Below, one piece after another: positions 10,795 to 21,169 of a DNA stretch of 64,000 nucleotides. This stretch comes from a plasmid. Below the pieces are notes generated by a model, which saw only the letters and a program-made list of their open reading frames with translations, had not been told where the DNA came from and did no database searches. How positions within the stretch are numbered: position 1 is the first letter of the stretch; each line of letters starts with the position of its first letter. Position numbers and translations under genes: made by a program. Location: the sequence record NZ_CP154590.1; one strand, given 5' to 3'.

Positions 10795-11994
10795 ATGTCA
10801 CAGAAAAGCACCTACACCACCTTTCGTTGTAACGATTTCATTTACGACACAATTGTGGTTTTACATCAAAGCGGAGACGGCGATCCTCAGGCCCTGCTCA
10901 TATTCCGCGAACCACAGCGTATGGCCATTCATGATAAAAAACTCATTGCCTTTTATGAGCTTTCAAAAGAAGCCGTGACACTTCTTGATGACCCGATGCA
11001 CGATGCCGCAGAAGTCTTCAACACCATTGCACTGCAACTCAAAACTCAGAGTAAGGCGGTGATAAAACGGCGAATTAAAGCCCTTGTCCTGTTTGTTGGC
11101 GGTGCGTTGATTGCGTCCTCGTTATGGTTCATGGGTACAAGCAACCATACCTCACTTAATTTCAGTAGCACAGAACTGACAATACCTGAAGGGCCTGCCC
11201 CTGTTCAGCCACAACAGTCTGCCGCTATTCAGGGACAACCTAAAATGACGGTTCTCCCGTCGACTGACAATACTGTCAGCCACGCTGTACAGGCTGAATC
11301 CGCCAACATGCAGAATATTATGAAGGAAAGCCATGAATCCTTACCGGCCTCTCCTGCTGAAGCATTGCAGACGGCAGCAACACCGATAACTCCACCCACG
11401 CCAGTAACAACAGAAGCGACGGAACAGTCAGCCCGACAGAAGATGGTAGCCATACTGAAGCGCAGCGCCGATCGGGGTCTGTTCACCATCCCACTCTCAA
11501 CCGGACATGAACGTACGCTGTATGCATTCCTCGACCCAACCTGTGCGGTTTGCAAAAGCATGGAACCAGCAATCGAACAGCTGGCACAAAATTACAACGT
11601 GGTCATTTTCCCTGTATCTGTAGTCAATGACGGTGGCGATGCCGTAGATAAAATCGTTCCGGTATTGTGCGAGAAAGACCTGACTGCCCGTGCTTTAGCA
11701 TGGAGCGACCTTTTTCGCCCGGACGCAGGCATGCAGGTTCCTGGACAGGCGACCTCTCAACAGGTGAGTTCAGACTGTTCCGTGTCGGCTCAAGCCGTAG
11801 TGGCCGTAAACGATACAGGCTTCCGCGCATTTGGTTTCTCAGGTACACCGACAGTGCTGACTGACACAGGCATTCGTCTGGCAACAGGCATGCTGGCCGC
11901 ACCTGATAAAATTGCTCACTTCATGAAAATTACCGATCCAATGACACAAGAACAGGTCGACCGTTTTGTGAGTTCCCTTAGCATCCAGGAGTAA
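10795..11994 (+). CDS. trbB: TrbB thiol:disulfide interchange protein (DsbC-like)
   Basis: 399 aa with thioredoxin-fold active site CAVC (LDPTCAVCKSMEP); position between trbA and trbC. Confidence 0.6.
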   Translation: MSQKSTYTTFRCNDFIYDTIVVLHQSGDGDPQALLIFREPQRMAIHDKKLIAFYELSKEAVTLLDDPMHDAAEVFNTIALQLKTQSKAVIKRRIKALVLFVGGALIASSLWFMGTSNHTSLNFSSTELTIPEGPAPVQPQQSAAIQGQPKMTVLPSTDNTVSHAVQAESANMQNIMKESHESLPASPAEALQTAATPITPPTPVTTEATEQSARQKMVAILKRSADRGLFTIPLSTGHERTLYAFLDPTCAVCKSMEPAIEQLAQNYNVVIFPVSVVNDGGDAVDKIVPVLCEKDLTARALAWSDLFRPDAGMQVPGQATSQQVSSDCSVSAQAVVAVNDTGFRAFGFSGTPTVLTDTGIRLATGMLAAPDKIAHFMKITDPMTQEQVDRFVSSLSIQE

Positions 11995-13285
11995 CCCTTG
12001 ACTGCTCCCAGCCCTGAAGAACGGGGATTCCCACTTCAACGAGCCGAACCTAAGCCGCGTGATGCGGTTCAGGATTTACAGGCTCTCCATGGGCTAACAC
12101 TGCCAGCCCGGCAGCTTTTATATTACGGGCCGCGTTGATATCACGATCATGGTCTGCCCCGCATTCAGGACAGAGCCACTGACGAATATCAAGAGGCATG
12201 TTTTTCATGGTAAAGCCGCAACAGCTACAACGTCTGGAAGAAGGGAAATACTGGTCGATAGCGACAACGCTACGCCCTGCCCATTCCCCTTTGTACTGTA
12301 GCTGGCGAACAAGTTCGCTCCAGCTTGCGTCAGCTATCGCTTTTGACAGCTTTGGGTTGCGGATCATGTTTTTCACCTTAAGGGATTCGACGCAAACAAC
12401 TTGGTTTTCGTTAATCAGTTTGCGGGACAACTTATGCAGGTTATCCATCCGGCAATCGGACATTTTCGCGTGGAGTTTGGCGAGCTTTAAGCGGGCTTTG
12501 GCACGATTCTTTGAGCCTTTTTTCTTCCTGCTTAACATGCGTTGCTGCAAAGCCAGTCGCTTCGCATATTTAGCCGTGTGGCGTGGATTGCTGGTTTTGA
12601 ATCCGCTGTCGGTGACGAACAAATCTTTTAAACCAACATCAATGCCGACCGTGGAAACGGTAATCGGCAGTGATACAGGTTCAAACTCGCAAAGACAGGA
12701 TACGAAATATCGTCCGGCGGCATCTTTGGTGATAGTGACAGTGGATGGCGCAGACGGCAACTGACGGCTCCAGCGCACATATAACGGCGCCTTGCTCTTT
12801 GCCATGTACAACTTGCCGTCACGATATTTAAACGCGCTCGCAGTGAACTCAACCGCCTGCTTGTGGCGTTTGCTTTTGAAGGCTGGATATGCGGCTCGTC
12901 CGGCGAAGAAGTTAGCAAAGGCCATTTGTTGGTGGCGTAGCGCCTGTTGCATGGGTACGCAGGAAACGTTATTCAGCCAGGCGAATTCTGGCTCTTTTTT
13001 CAGTGCAGTTAATCGCGCGCTGGCTTGTATATAGCCGATCTTTTCCTTTCGCTCGTAGTACGCATCCGTGCGCCAGCGGAGGATGCTGTTATAGACAAAA
13101 CGTACACAGCCAAACGTCTGAGCTAAAAGCTCAGTCTGCTCTGGTGTCGGGTAAAACCGGTATTTATAGGCGCGTTTCATCGTTTCACATACTAAAGAGG
13201 ACAATTTGATTATGCAAAAGGCAGTTAGCCGGAAAACCGCTTCCTTTCCTCCCCGGCCTAAAGGCCGGGGTTTCCCGGAGGCATT
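11995..13285 (-). mobile_element. IS200/IS605-family tnpB-only element (IS1341-type) inserted in the trbB-trbC intergenic region
   Basis: Occupies exactly the gap between trbB stop (11994) and trbC RBS/start (13289). Perfect subterminal hairpin CCCCGGCC-TAAA-GGCCGGGG at 13251-13270, in the position of the left end. No Y1 tnpA present. Confidence 0.55.
12050..13204 (-). CDS. tnpB: TnpB (OrfB) RNA-guided endonuclease-type transposon protein, IS200/IS605 family
   Basis: 384 aa; N-terminal MKRAYKYRFYPT signature; RuvC-I (IDVGLKDL), RuvC-II (VCVESL), zinc finger CSCCG..CPECG and RuvC-III (DHDRDINAARNI) all intact. Confidence 0.85.
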   Translation of the reverse strand: MSSLVCETMKRAYKYRFYPTPEQTELLAQTFGCVRFVYNSILRWRTDAYYERKEKIGYIQASARLTALKKEPEFAWLNNVSCVPMQQALRHQQMAFANFFAGRAAYPAFKSKRHKQAVEFTASAFKYRDGKLYMAKSKAPLYVRWSRQLPSAPSTVTITKDAAGRYFVSCLCEFEPVSLPITVSTVGIDVGLKDLFVTDSGFKTSNPRHTAKYAKRLALQQRMLSRKKKGSKNRAKARLKLAKLHAKMSDCRMDNLHKLSRKLINENQVVCVESLKVKNMIRNPKLSKAIADASWSELVRQLQYKGEWAGRSVVAIDQYFPSSRRCSCCGFTMKNMPLDIRQWLCPECGADHDRDINAARNIKAAGLAVLAHGEPVNPEPHHAA

Positions 13286-13288
13286 CTG

Positions 13289-15589
13289 ATGAATAATACG
13301 CCCGTAAATCAGGCGCTAATGAAGCGCAATGCCTGGAATTCCCCTGTTCTTGAGCTTATGCGCGACCACCTGCTGTATGCCGGAATTATGGCTGGAAGTG
13401 TGGTGGCGGGTTTTATCTGGCCACTCGCCATACCGCTCTTTCTTTTGCTGACCATAGTGGCCAGCATCAGCTTCGGTACCCACCGCTGGCGCATGCCGAT
13501 GCGAATGCCAGTCCACCTCAATAAAGTAGATCCGTCTGAAGACAGGAAGGTACGACGCAGTTTTTTCAGAGCATTTCCCTCACTGTTTCAGTACGAAACA
13601 ACGCAGGAAAGCAAAGGTAAGGGGATATTCTACATTGGCTATAAGCGAATGAATGATATCGGACGCGAGCTGTGGCTCACCCTTGATGATCTGACCCGCC
13701 ATGTAATGTTCTTTGCCTCGACCGGTGGCGGGAAAACCGAAACCATCTATGCGTGGATGCTCAATTCATTTTGCTGGGGACGGGGATTCACCTTTGTTGA
13801 CGGCAAGGCGCAGAACGACACTGCACGTACCTGCTACTATCTGGCTCGCCGCTTTGGGCGTGAGGACGATGTGGAGTACATCAACTTCATGAACAGCGGC
13901 ATGTCCCGCAGTGAGATGATCCAGAACGGAGATAAAAGTCGGCCACAGTCTCACCAGTGGAACCCCTTCTGCTACAGCACTGAGGCCTTTGTGGCTGAGA
14001 CGATGCAATCAATGCTGCCGACCAACGTACAGGGTGGAGAATGGCAGTCCAGAGCTATTGCAATGAACAAGGCGCTGGTCTTTGGCACAAAGTTTTACTG
14101 TGTCCGTGAAAACAAAACCATGTCATTGCAGTTGCTCCGCGAGTTTATGCCGCTGGAGAAACTGGCCGGGCTTTACTGCCGTGCCGTGGATGATCAGTGG
14201 CCAGAAGAAGCTGTCTCTCCGCTCTATAATTATCTGGTAGACGTACCGGGTTTCGATATGGCCACCGTGCGGCAGCCTTCAGCCTGGACAGAAGAGCCGC
14301 GCAAGCAGCACAGCTACCTGACGGGCCAGTTTCTGGAAACCTTCAACACATTCACAGAAACGTTCGGCAATATCTTCGCTGAGGATGCCGGCGACATCGA
14401 TATTCGTGACAGTATTCACAGCGACCGCATACTCCTGGTGTTGATCCCAGCCATGAACACGTCGCAGCACACAACCTCTGCACTGGGGAGAATGTTTGTT
14501 ACCCAGCAGAGCATGATCCTGGCCCGGGACCTTGGACACAAGCTGGAGGGACTGGACTCAGAAGCGCTTGAAATCACCAAATACAAAGGCAAATTCCCCT
14601 ACATGAATTATCTCGATGAGGTGGGAGCCTACTACACTGAGCGAATAGCCGTTCAGGCTACACAGGTACGCTCTCTTGAGTTTGCACTTGTAATGATGAG
14701 TCAGGACCAGGAGCGCATTGAAAATCAGACCTCAGCGGCCAACGTCGCAACCCTTATGCAGAACGCAGGCACCAAAGTCGCCGGAAAAATCGTGAGTGAT
14801 GATAAAACGGCAAGAACAATCAGTAATGCTGCAGGGCAGGAAGCCCGGGCGAATATGGTCAGCCTGCAGCGGCAAGACGGTCTCATTGGCACTTCCTGGA
14901 TCGATGGTGACCACATCAATATCCAGATGGAGAACAAAATCAATGTGCAGGACCTGATTAAGCTACAACCCGGTGAGAACTACACAGTGTTTCAAGGTGA
15001 TCCAGTTCCAGGAGCATCTTTCTACATCGAACCTCAGGATAAAACATGCAATGCCCCCGTCATTATCAATAGATATATCACGATTAACCCACCGAATCTT
15101 AAGCAACTGCGAAAACTTGTCCCACGAACAGCACAGCGCCGTCTGCCGGCAGCGGAGAACGTCAGCAAAATCATTGGTGTACTTACAGAAAAACCCTCGC
15201 GCCGGCGTAAAGCGGCCAGAACTGAACCCTGGAAGATAATCGATACCTTCCAGCAGCGGCTGGCCAATCGGCAGGAAGCACACAATCTGATGACAGAATA
15301 TGACATGGACCACGGAGGACGGGAAGAAAACCTCTGGGCAGAAGCGCTGGAGATCATCAGAACAACCACTATGGCGGAACGAACAATCCGGTACATCACA
15401 CTCAATAAACCTGAGTCAGAATCGACGGAAGTAAACGCTGAAGAAATTCAGCTGGCGCCGGATGCAATATTGAGGAACCTGACACTTCCACAACCTGCCT
15501 ATGTTCCTCCTGCCCGGCACAGAAACGAGCCATTCTTCTCCCCAAAACAGACAAGTTCACCACAGCCAGATATGGAATGGCCAGAGTGA
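13289..15589 (+). CDS. trbC: TrbC type IV coupling protein (DotL/IcmO-like, VirD4 family)
   Basis: 766 aa; N-terminal TM helices; Walker A FFASTGGGKTE; size matches R64 TrbC. Confidence 0.75.
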   Translation: MNNTPVNQALMKRNAWNSPVLELMRDHLLYAGIMAGSVVAGFIWPLAIPLFLLLTIVASISFGTHRWRMPMRMPVHLNKVDPSEDRKVRRSFFRAFPSLFQYETTQESKGKGIFYIGYKRMNDIGRELWLTLDDLTRHVMFFASTGGGKTETIYAWMLNSFCWGRGFTFVDGKAQNDTARTCYYLARRFGREDDVEYINFMNSGMSRSEMIQNGDKSRPQSHQWNPFCYSTEAFVAETMQSMLPTNVQGGEWQSRAIAMNKALVFGTKFYCVRENKTMSLQLLREFMPLEKLAGLYCRAVDDQWPEEAVSPLYNYLVDVPGFDMATVRQPSAWTEEPRKQHSYLTGQFLETFNTFTETFGNIFAEDAGDIDIRDSIHSDRILLVLIPAMNTSQHTTSALGRMFVTQQSMILARDLGHKLEGLDSEALEITKYKGKFPYMNYLDEVGAYYTERIAVQATQVRSLEFALVMMSQDQERIENQTSAANVATLMQNAGTKVAGKIVSDDKTARTISNAAGQEARANMVSLQRQDGLIGTSWIDGDHINIQMENKINVQDLIKLQPGENYTVFQGDPVPGASFYIEPQDKTCNAPVIINRYITINPPNLKQLRKLVPRTAQRRLPAAENVSKIIGVLTEKPSRRRKAARTEPWKIIDTFQQRLANRQEAHNLMTEYDMDHGGREENLWAEALEIIRTTTMAERTIRYITLNKPESESTEVNAEEIQLAPDAILRNLTLPQPAYVPPARHRNEPFFSPKQTSSPQPDMEWPE

Positions 15590-15661
15590 CAGTTCAAAAA
15601 TTTGTCGGGTTTTAGGAACAACTGCCGATAATCAAAATGATATAGCACAAAAGGAAATGAA

Positions 15662-15931
15662 ATGAAGAAACTAATATTTGCCGCACTCTTTGGTTTTTCA
15701 GCCGTTGCCGCTGCAGCGCCCCAACCTGTTGTAGACGCCAATGCCGTGGCGCAGTTGACTGAAATCCGTAACATCCTCCTCACGAACCAGCAGAAGGCGT
15801 ACGCCTGCTCCGATGGCGAGAAGCTTTATACCGTCGGGTTGCAGATTAAACATGATGGTTCTGAATACAAATGTGTTTTAAAGAATGACCACGCGGAATG
15901 GGAAGTAGTTCCACGCATTGCATTTAACTAA
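15662..15931 (+). CDS. small secreted protein of unknown function
   Basis: 89 aa with signal peptide (AALFGFSAVAAAAP) and 2 Cys; followed by a strong terminator. Confidence 0.4.
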   Translation: MKKLIFAALFGFSAVAAAAPQPVVDANAVAQLTEIRNILLTNQQKAYACSDGEKLYTVGLQIKHDGSEYKCVLKNDHAEWEVVPRIAFN

Positions 15932-15958
15932 AAAAGGCCGCGAAAGCGGCCTTTTTTG
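15931..15958. terminator. bidirectional rho-independent terminator
   Basis: AAAAAGGCCGC-GAAA-GCGGCCTTTTTT; lies between convergent genes at 15931 and 15962. Confidence 0.6.
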
Positions 15959-15961
15959 TTT

Positions 15962-16756
15962 TTATAGTTCTGCTTTGGAGGTAGCTGAGTCAAAATTCAG
16001 TGCTTTCGAATACGACCGTTGCTCATCCTTAGCGATCTTGCTCGTTTCTTCCATATCAAAGTCCGGATATTTTGTTTTAACCGCTTTGCACAGGTCTTTC
16101 AGGTGCCCTTCTGCTTCACATACTGCGTTCCGGAAATCATCATGAGCAGCCTTTGCCAACGGATCAGTATGTACATTGTGCTGATGGCCGAACTTCTGCA
16201 GATGAGGGTTATTGGTTTCAACGAAGTACCATGCATAAGAAAATGCCCGCGAGCATGACTGGTAAAATAGCTCTACAGATTTCCTGATTTCTTTGTCATG
16301 AAGATGGAACTGAGTAGCCTGAATATAACCCTCAACACCGTAGTGGTAATGAAGTGCCGGAATATATACCCACGTTATTTTTCCGTGATGGAAAAACCAG
16401 TCATAAGTAGGCAAGTGCATCTGGCTGAATAACTCATAAAGAGTATTTTTATCTTCCTTGTCTTCTGCAGTCATCTTCTTTTTTGATGGCCAGCGATCCA
16501 GTGTTTCGTTCGCTATCAAACAGAGCAGACCCAGCCCCAGACATACCCATCCACTCGTGCTCGTATCTGGTATATTAATGCTTGCGTACCTGGATAAAAA
16601 TGCGTTCACATAGGGGACCCAAAGTGGCCCTGACAACATCGATATACCGGCAGCTATCAGCGCCCTGGTGACCCACTTACGTAGTTCTGGAAAAAAAACG
16701 CGAAATATTTTCCAGAAAAATTGCTCATCAATTTTCAAATCATATTTCCTGGGCAT
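15962..16756 (-). CDS. membrane-anchored protein of unknown function (2 N-terminal TM helices plus His-rich cytoplasmic domain)
   Basis: 264 aa; hydrophobic segments ALIAAGISMLSGPLWV and WVCLGLGLLCLIA; no recognisable catalytic motif. Confidence 0.4.
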   Translation of the reverse strand: MPRKYDLKIDEQFFWKIFRVFFPELRKWVTRALIAAGISMLSGPLWVPYVNAFLSRYASINIPDTSTSGWVCLGLGLLCLIANETLDRWPSKKKMTAEDKEDKNTLYELFSQMHLPTYDWFFHHGKITWVYIPALHYHYGVEGYIQATQFHLHDKEIRKSVELFYQSCSRAFSYAWYFVETNNPHLQKFGHQHNVHTDPLAKAAHDDFRNAVCEAEGHLKDLCKAVKTKYPDFDMEETSKIAKDEQRSYSKALNFDSATSKAEL

Positions 16757-16863
16757 ACCCTATGCCGCGGTGGAGGCCACAGTGTATTCGTGAAGAAAAA
16801 GCTAAGACAAGGCACAGAAACCCTTGCAGGCGACGTTAAAAAGTATTGGAGTAGCTATAACCC

Positions 16864-18015
16864 TCACTCATTTCTCAAGAGGTCGACATAATCCTTATAG
16901 ACATAGCTTTTCCCGCGAGCTCTGCCAGTCGTTTCAACAAGAATGCCTGTAGCTTCGAGTACCTTGATCGCAGTACTGGCAGTAGGAAACGTTACCGCAA
17001 GTTCAGACTGAGCACGTTCGACAGTTAATCTTGGCATAACTGGCAGTAACTCAAAAAGACGCATGGTTTGCAAGGACGTCGAGGTGTTCGCAAGTAGCAT
17101 CTTTCGATGCATGGCGATGAGAGAAGCTATCTGAATAATACTCCGTTGAGCCTCCTCAGCAGCTATCTCCACCCCTTCCAGGAAGAACGATACCCATTGC
17201 TCCCAGTTCCCATAGCTCCGTATCTCTGACAGACACCGGTAATATTCTTCCTGATGGCTTTTCAGGTACCCGGAAACATATAAAAGAGGTTCGGGCAGGA
17301 CACCCCATTCTTCCAGCAGGATTGCAATAAGCAGTCGGCCAATGCGTCCATTACCGTCCAGAAAGGGGTGAATAGTTTCGAATTGCGCATGCACCAGGGC
17401 AATCTTAACGAGTGGAGGTAACGTCTGATTTTGGTCGTGAATAAACAGCTCCAGATCAGACAAGAGGTTCGTGACTTCTTCCGGGGGAGGAGGAACATAG
17501 ACCGCATTACCAGGACGAGTTCCGCCTATCCAGTTCTGGCTGGTTCTGATGTTGCCGGGTTGTTTATTAGCGCCACGAATACCATTGAGAAGAACCTTAT
17601 GCGCTTCCGTAATCAACCGCACCGATACAGGAAGACCTTCAGGTGAGTTAATTTGTTCCCGGACATACCGGAATGCCTGCAGATATTGTGTAACTTCTTC
17701 AACATCATCCGCATTGGCAACGGATAAACCTGCTTCGTCATCAAAAACGTCTGTCAGGGTAGCTTGGGTACCTTCCAGCTGGGAAGTTAGCAATGCCTCG
17801 CGGCGCAAGGCGCTGTAAATGAGCCACTCTCCGGAGGCAACGAGACCAGACATACCTGAAAGCCTGGCCAGGGCAAGTTCAGCTCGTGTATTTTGTTCTT
17901 GCCATACATGGGGATCCAGTTCTGGTTTCGTTGGTGGCAGAGGAAATGGCACAAAGGCATGAACAGCCTCATTGTGGCTTTGGGTGGTTTTGTAGTGGCC
18001 TGTTACTCGATTCAT
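16864..18015 (-). CDS. Fic-family AMP-transferase with N-terminal inhibitory helix and C-terminal wHTH
   Basis: 383 aa; canonical Fic motif HPFLDGNGRIGR; putative inhibitory motif TSQLEG upstream (class-II arrangement). Confidence 0.8.
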   Translation of the reverse strand: MNRVTGHYKTTQSHNEAVHAFVPFPLPPTKPELDPHVWQEQNTRAELALARLSGMSGLVASGEWLIYSALRREALLTSQLEGTQATLTDVFDDEAGLSVANADDVEEVTQYLQAFRYVREQINSPEGLPVSVRLITEAHKVLLNGIRGANKQPGNIRTSQNWIGGTRPGNAVYVPPPPEEVTNLLSDLELFIHDQNQTLPPLVKIALVHAQFETIHPFLDGNGRIGRLLIAILLEEWGVLPEPLLYVSGYLKSHQEEYYRCLSEIRSYGNWEQWVSFFLEGVEIAAEEAQRSIIQIASLIAMHRKMLLANTSTSLQTMRLFELLPVMPRLTVERAQSELAVTFPTASTAIKVLEATGILVETTGRARGKSYVYKDYVDLLRNE

Positions 18016-18110
18016 TAAAGCTCCTTTTAATAAGCTAGATAGTTATTAAAACATCCTTTAATAACAATATCACTAGTTAAAAAAAGCTTTAATACAGAGG
18101 CTGACTCTGT

Positions 18111-20810
18111 TTATCTTGGCGTCGGTGGTTCCCAGGTATTCTGATGTGAAGCTTGAGCATCCGGAGCATAACTGCTTTGATTCAACACATTTGTGAATTG
18201 TTGCTCATGCTCAACACGTAGCTGGTCTACATCCGGCCGTGCGATATGGTATTCAGCTTCATCGCGGTGGTTCACATTGTGCCATGCCACCATTTTGGCA
18301 AATGCTGTATTGAACTGTTCATCATTCCCTTCTGGTGCCATCGCGACGGTCGGAGAACGACTGAAGAGAACCGGTGCGACTTTGACCATATCCCGCTTCA
18401 GCGAATCGTAATCGCCGGTGTTTCTGAAAATAACCCTGTCGCCATAGTCAGTGCAAATGTGACGACCTGTCTCCGGATCCCGGAACTGGACGCGACCATT
18501 TTTCTTCAGTGAAGCCTGTAGGCCAGGTACACCGGAATACATCGGCGTACCACCAGGTTCACAGATAACAACACATCTGCTGTCTGTAGTGGATTTCACT
18601 GCATTACCACGACGATCCTTGTAATCCCATCCCCTTAGCTGTGATATCGCAGCCTTGTCACCTTTCACCGCTTCAGCTTCAACCCACTGCCGGTAAGACG
18701 GCGGATACCATGTTCCCTGTCCGATGAGTTCAGCGCGTTCAGCTTTCATAGCTTCTTTCAGTGTAATCAGAGCCTGCATACGCTGCAGTTCTACAATATG
18801 GTAATACAGCTTTCTCACCAGAGGGTCTCGATGTTCGATACGGATGCGCGCTTTACGCATCCGGCATTCATCATGTATAGCCTGGTAGCGCTCACGACCA
18901 CGCAAATCCGGACGCTGCCAGTTAGCCCGCCAGGCTGCATAACGGGCTTTCAGATCTTCTCTTGCAGCTGCGCGCGCTTCACGGCGCTGGCGACGCAATT
19001 CAGGGTCACGTTTCATACCAGGAATATCGCGATCGCTCACGGCCAGTTCCGGATTGTAACGGCTTACCGGCTTAACACGTTCAAAGATGTCTGCCGGCAC
19101 TGGAACAAATGAACCAGCATGAGGTTCCGCACGCGCAAGTGTAAGATCCGGATGAACATGACTTGCCTTAACAGGAGTCTGTTCGCGATTATAGGCATCC
19201 ATCACAACCAGCCCCTGCTTCTCACGAACTAACAACAACCCTTGTTTCGCAAACTGTTCATGACAGCGTTCCCAGGAAAAGTGTTTACTGCTTATAAGCG
19301 TTTCAATCTCCTGACGGCAGTGCGAAACAGCATAGCCCCAGAGGCTTTCCTTATCGGAGAAAATCTCGCGTTTCAGGGCTCCCTGTGGACCCGATCCTGT
19401 ACGCAATTTTCGCCATTCCCGATCGGAAACTGGAGTTGCTTCCAGACCGCCACCAGTGAACTGTTCTGCAGGAGGAACCTGCTGGAAAATGTCTTTTGGT
19501 ACCGGCTTCCAGCCACCTTTATACGAGTCCAGGACCGCTTTCGTTAGCGCAGGCCATACCCGTTCTGCCCTGACTGGTGTGCGCGTTGGATCATATCCAT
19601 CACAGATAACCAGTCGATCATGTTGTTCTTTAAGATACAAACCCGACTTTGCGAGGAGTGTATGTACCGACTGTATAGTTCGTTGCGACGGGTCCTGATC
19701 AAGTGCAATCAGCGGTGCGCGTAAACGTGCGGTCGCATAGTCAGTTAAGGTATCTTTCTCTGTCATTCGTTCAGGACGCGACGGCACTGTAATTTTCTCA
19801 GGTTCGTAACGGCCAACAGCCTGGACTTGCGAAAAGATATCCTGTGCAGGAGGAGTAAACTCACCCAGTTTACGAATAAGTTTTTCGGTATCGAAAGCGT
19901 GACCAAATGCCGAAAGCGTTACGCCAGGACGCTCACTGTCCCAGCCATCCTTCACTTTCAGCTCGCCGTTATCCGCTGACAGGAACAAACCTTCTTTAGC
20001 AAAACGCTGATGGAGAGAAGACCAGTCAGTCACAGGTGCTTCCCGTAAACCGGCTATAGCAGTGTCAGCGATGTATTCTCTCAGGCTCTGAATACGACCA
20101 CGCTTCCAGGCACTTTGACGATCACGTTCAATCGAAGTACGACGAACAATACGATTGTCAGGTGCAATCACATAGCACCCATTATCGGGCGAAAAGCCAT
20201 GCTTAAGCTCCAGCTCACGGCAGGCCTTACTCAGTTTTTCCTGGCTGTAAGCGAGACGGTTAAGATAACCGGTCTCCGGGTGAACGCGGTTTACAGCGAT
20301 GTGAACATGCAGATTATCCGTGTCAGTGTGAACGGCAGAGACGAACTGATGGCCGGCTAATCCTAGGCGAGAAAGCGTATGGCTGACCGAATCATAAATC
20401 TGTTCTGGACGTGGGCTTTCATGCGACTGCCAGCTCAGAATATAGTGGAATACAGGATCACTTTTGTTATGGGCGAACTTCGCTTTACGGGCCGAGAACT
20501 CCATCTCTTCGGCTGCGCTTTCAATTGACGTACAGTTGTGGAAACAGGTCACGCCGTAAAAATTTACCCATTCACTGCCGTCCGGCATCACGTCAACAAG
20601 CGAGATAAACGACTCATCACGCAGTTTCGTGGCATAATCAACAAGACGAGAAAAGCGACTGCTGTGCGGCATTTCCGGTTTTGTTCCGGATGCTTTAACA
20701 GCTTCCATCAAATCATCATCGCGCGGTTCATCACGAACAGAAACGTAAGACACCAAATCCCCAAAGGAGGACTTTCCGTCTTGTCGTTTCGGTGGAATAA
20801 CTGCGATCAT
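18111..20810 (-). CDS. nikB: NikB relaxase (MOBP family)
   Basis: 899 aa, the size of R64 NikB; histidine triad HTDTDNLHVHIAVNRVH; adjacent to nikA and oriT. Confidence 0.85.
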   Translation of the reverse strand: MIAVIPPKRQDGKSSFGDLVSYVSVRDEPRDDDLMEAVKASGTKPEMPHSSRFSRLVDYATKLRDESFISLVDVMPDGSEWVNFYGVTCFHNCTSIESAAEEMEFSARKAKFAHNKSDPVFHYILSWQSHESPRPEQIYDSVSHTLSRLGLAGHQFVSAVHTDTDNLHVHIAVNRVHPETGYLNRLAYSQEKLSKACRELELKHGFSPDNGCYVIAPDNRIVRRTSIERDRQSAWKRGRIQSLREYIADTAIAGLREAPVTDWSSLHQRFAKEGLFLSADNGELKVKDGWDSERPGVTLSAFGHAFDTEKLIRKLGEFTPPAQDIFSQVQAVGRYEPEKITVPSRPERMTEKDTLTDYATARLRAPLIALDQDPSQRTIQSVHTLLAKSGLYLKEQHDRLVICDGYDPTRTPVRAERVWPALTKAVLDSYKGGWKPVPKDIFQQVPPAEQFTGGGLEATPVSDREWRKLRTGSGPQGALKREIFSDKESLWGYAVSHCRQEIETLISSKHFSWERCHEQFAKQGLLLVREKQGLVVMDAYNREQTPVKASHVHPDLTLARAEPHAGSFVPVPADIFERVKPVSRYNPELAVSDRDIPGMKRDPELRRQRREARAAAREDLKARYAAWRANWQRPDLRGRERYQAIHDECRMRKARIRIEHRDPLVRKLYYHIVELQRMQALITLKEAMKAERAELIGQGTWYPPSYRQWVEAEAVKGDKAAISQLRGWDYKDRRGNAVKSTTDSRCVVICEPGGTPMYSGVPGLQASLKKNGRVQFRDPETGRHICTDYGDRVIFRNTGDYDSLKRDMVKVAPVLFSRSPTVAMAPEGNDEQFNTAFAKMVAWHNVNHRDEAEYHIARPDVDQLRVEHEQQFTNVLNQSSYAPDAQASHQNTWEPPTPR

Positions 20811-20831
20811 GATGTTCTGATTCTCTCCGTA

Positions 20832-21167
20832 CTAGTCGTTGCTCATAAGTTTTTTTCTGAGCGTGGTGGACAATTCTGATATTGCTACAAGGACCGTGGA
20901 GTATTCTTTATCCCCGACTCTTTTCCCTTCAACAAACAGATGCTTTTGCAGTCTTCCCAGCCTCAATAGCTCAGTCATAAAGCTGTCGTCGATGAGTGAA
21001 ATGACCTTTCTGTTCATCGCAGCGTTACGAATGTAAGCCGATACGCTTTGTCCAACCTCTTCCGCTTTCCCTTCAATTTCTTCGATTTCATCAGGGGTAA
21101 ACCTCAGAGTCTTGATAACGGTTTTCTGCCGTTTATCACTTCCTCTTCGGGATACTTTGTCGCTCAT
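20832..21167 (-). CDS. nikA: NikA oriT-binding relaxosome accessory protein (RHH)
   Basis: 111 aa; RHH-like segment KTLRFTPDEIEEIEGKAEEVGQSVSAYIRNA; RBS AAGGAG; directly upstream of nikB. Confidence 0.8.
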   Translation of the reverse strand: MSDKVSRRGSDKRQKTVIKTLRFTPDEIEEIEGKAEEVGQSVSAYIRNAAMNRKVISLIDDSFMTELLRLGRLQKHLFVEGKRVGDKEYSTVLVAISELSTTLRKKLMSND

Positions 21168-21169
21168 GT

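Noticed and set aside
12198-12764. 188-aa plus-strand ORF antisense to tnpB
   Set aside because: Fully contained in the well-supported tnpB gene on the other strand; no start context.
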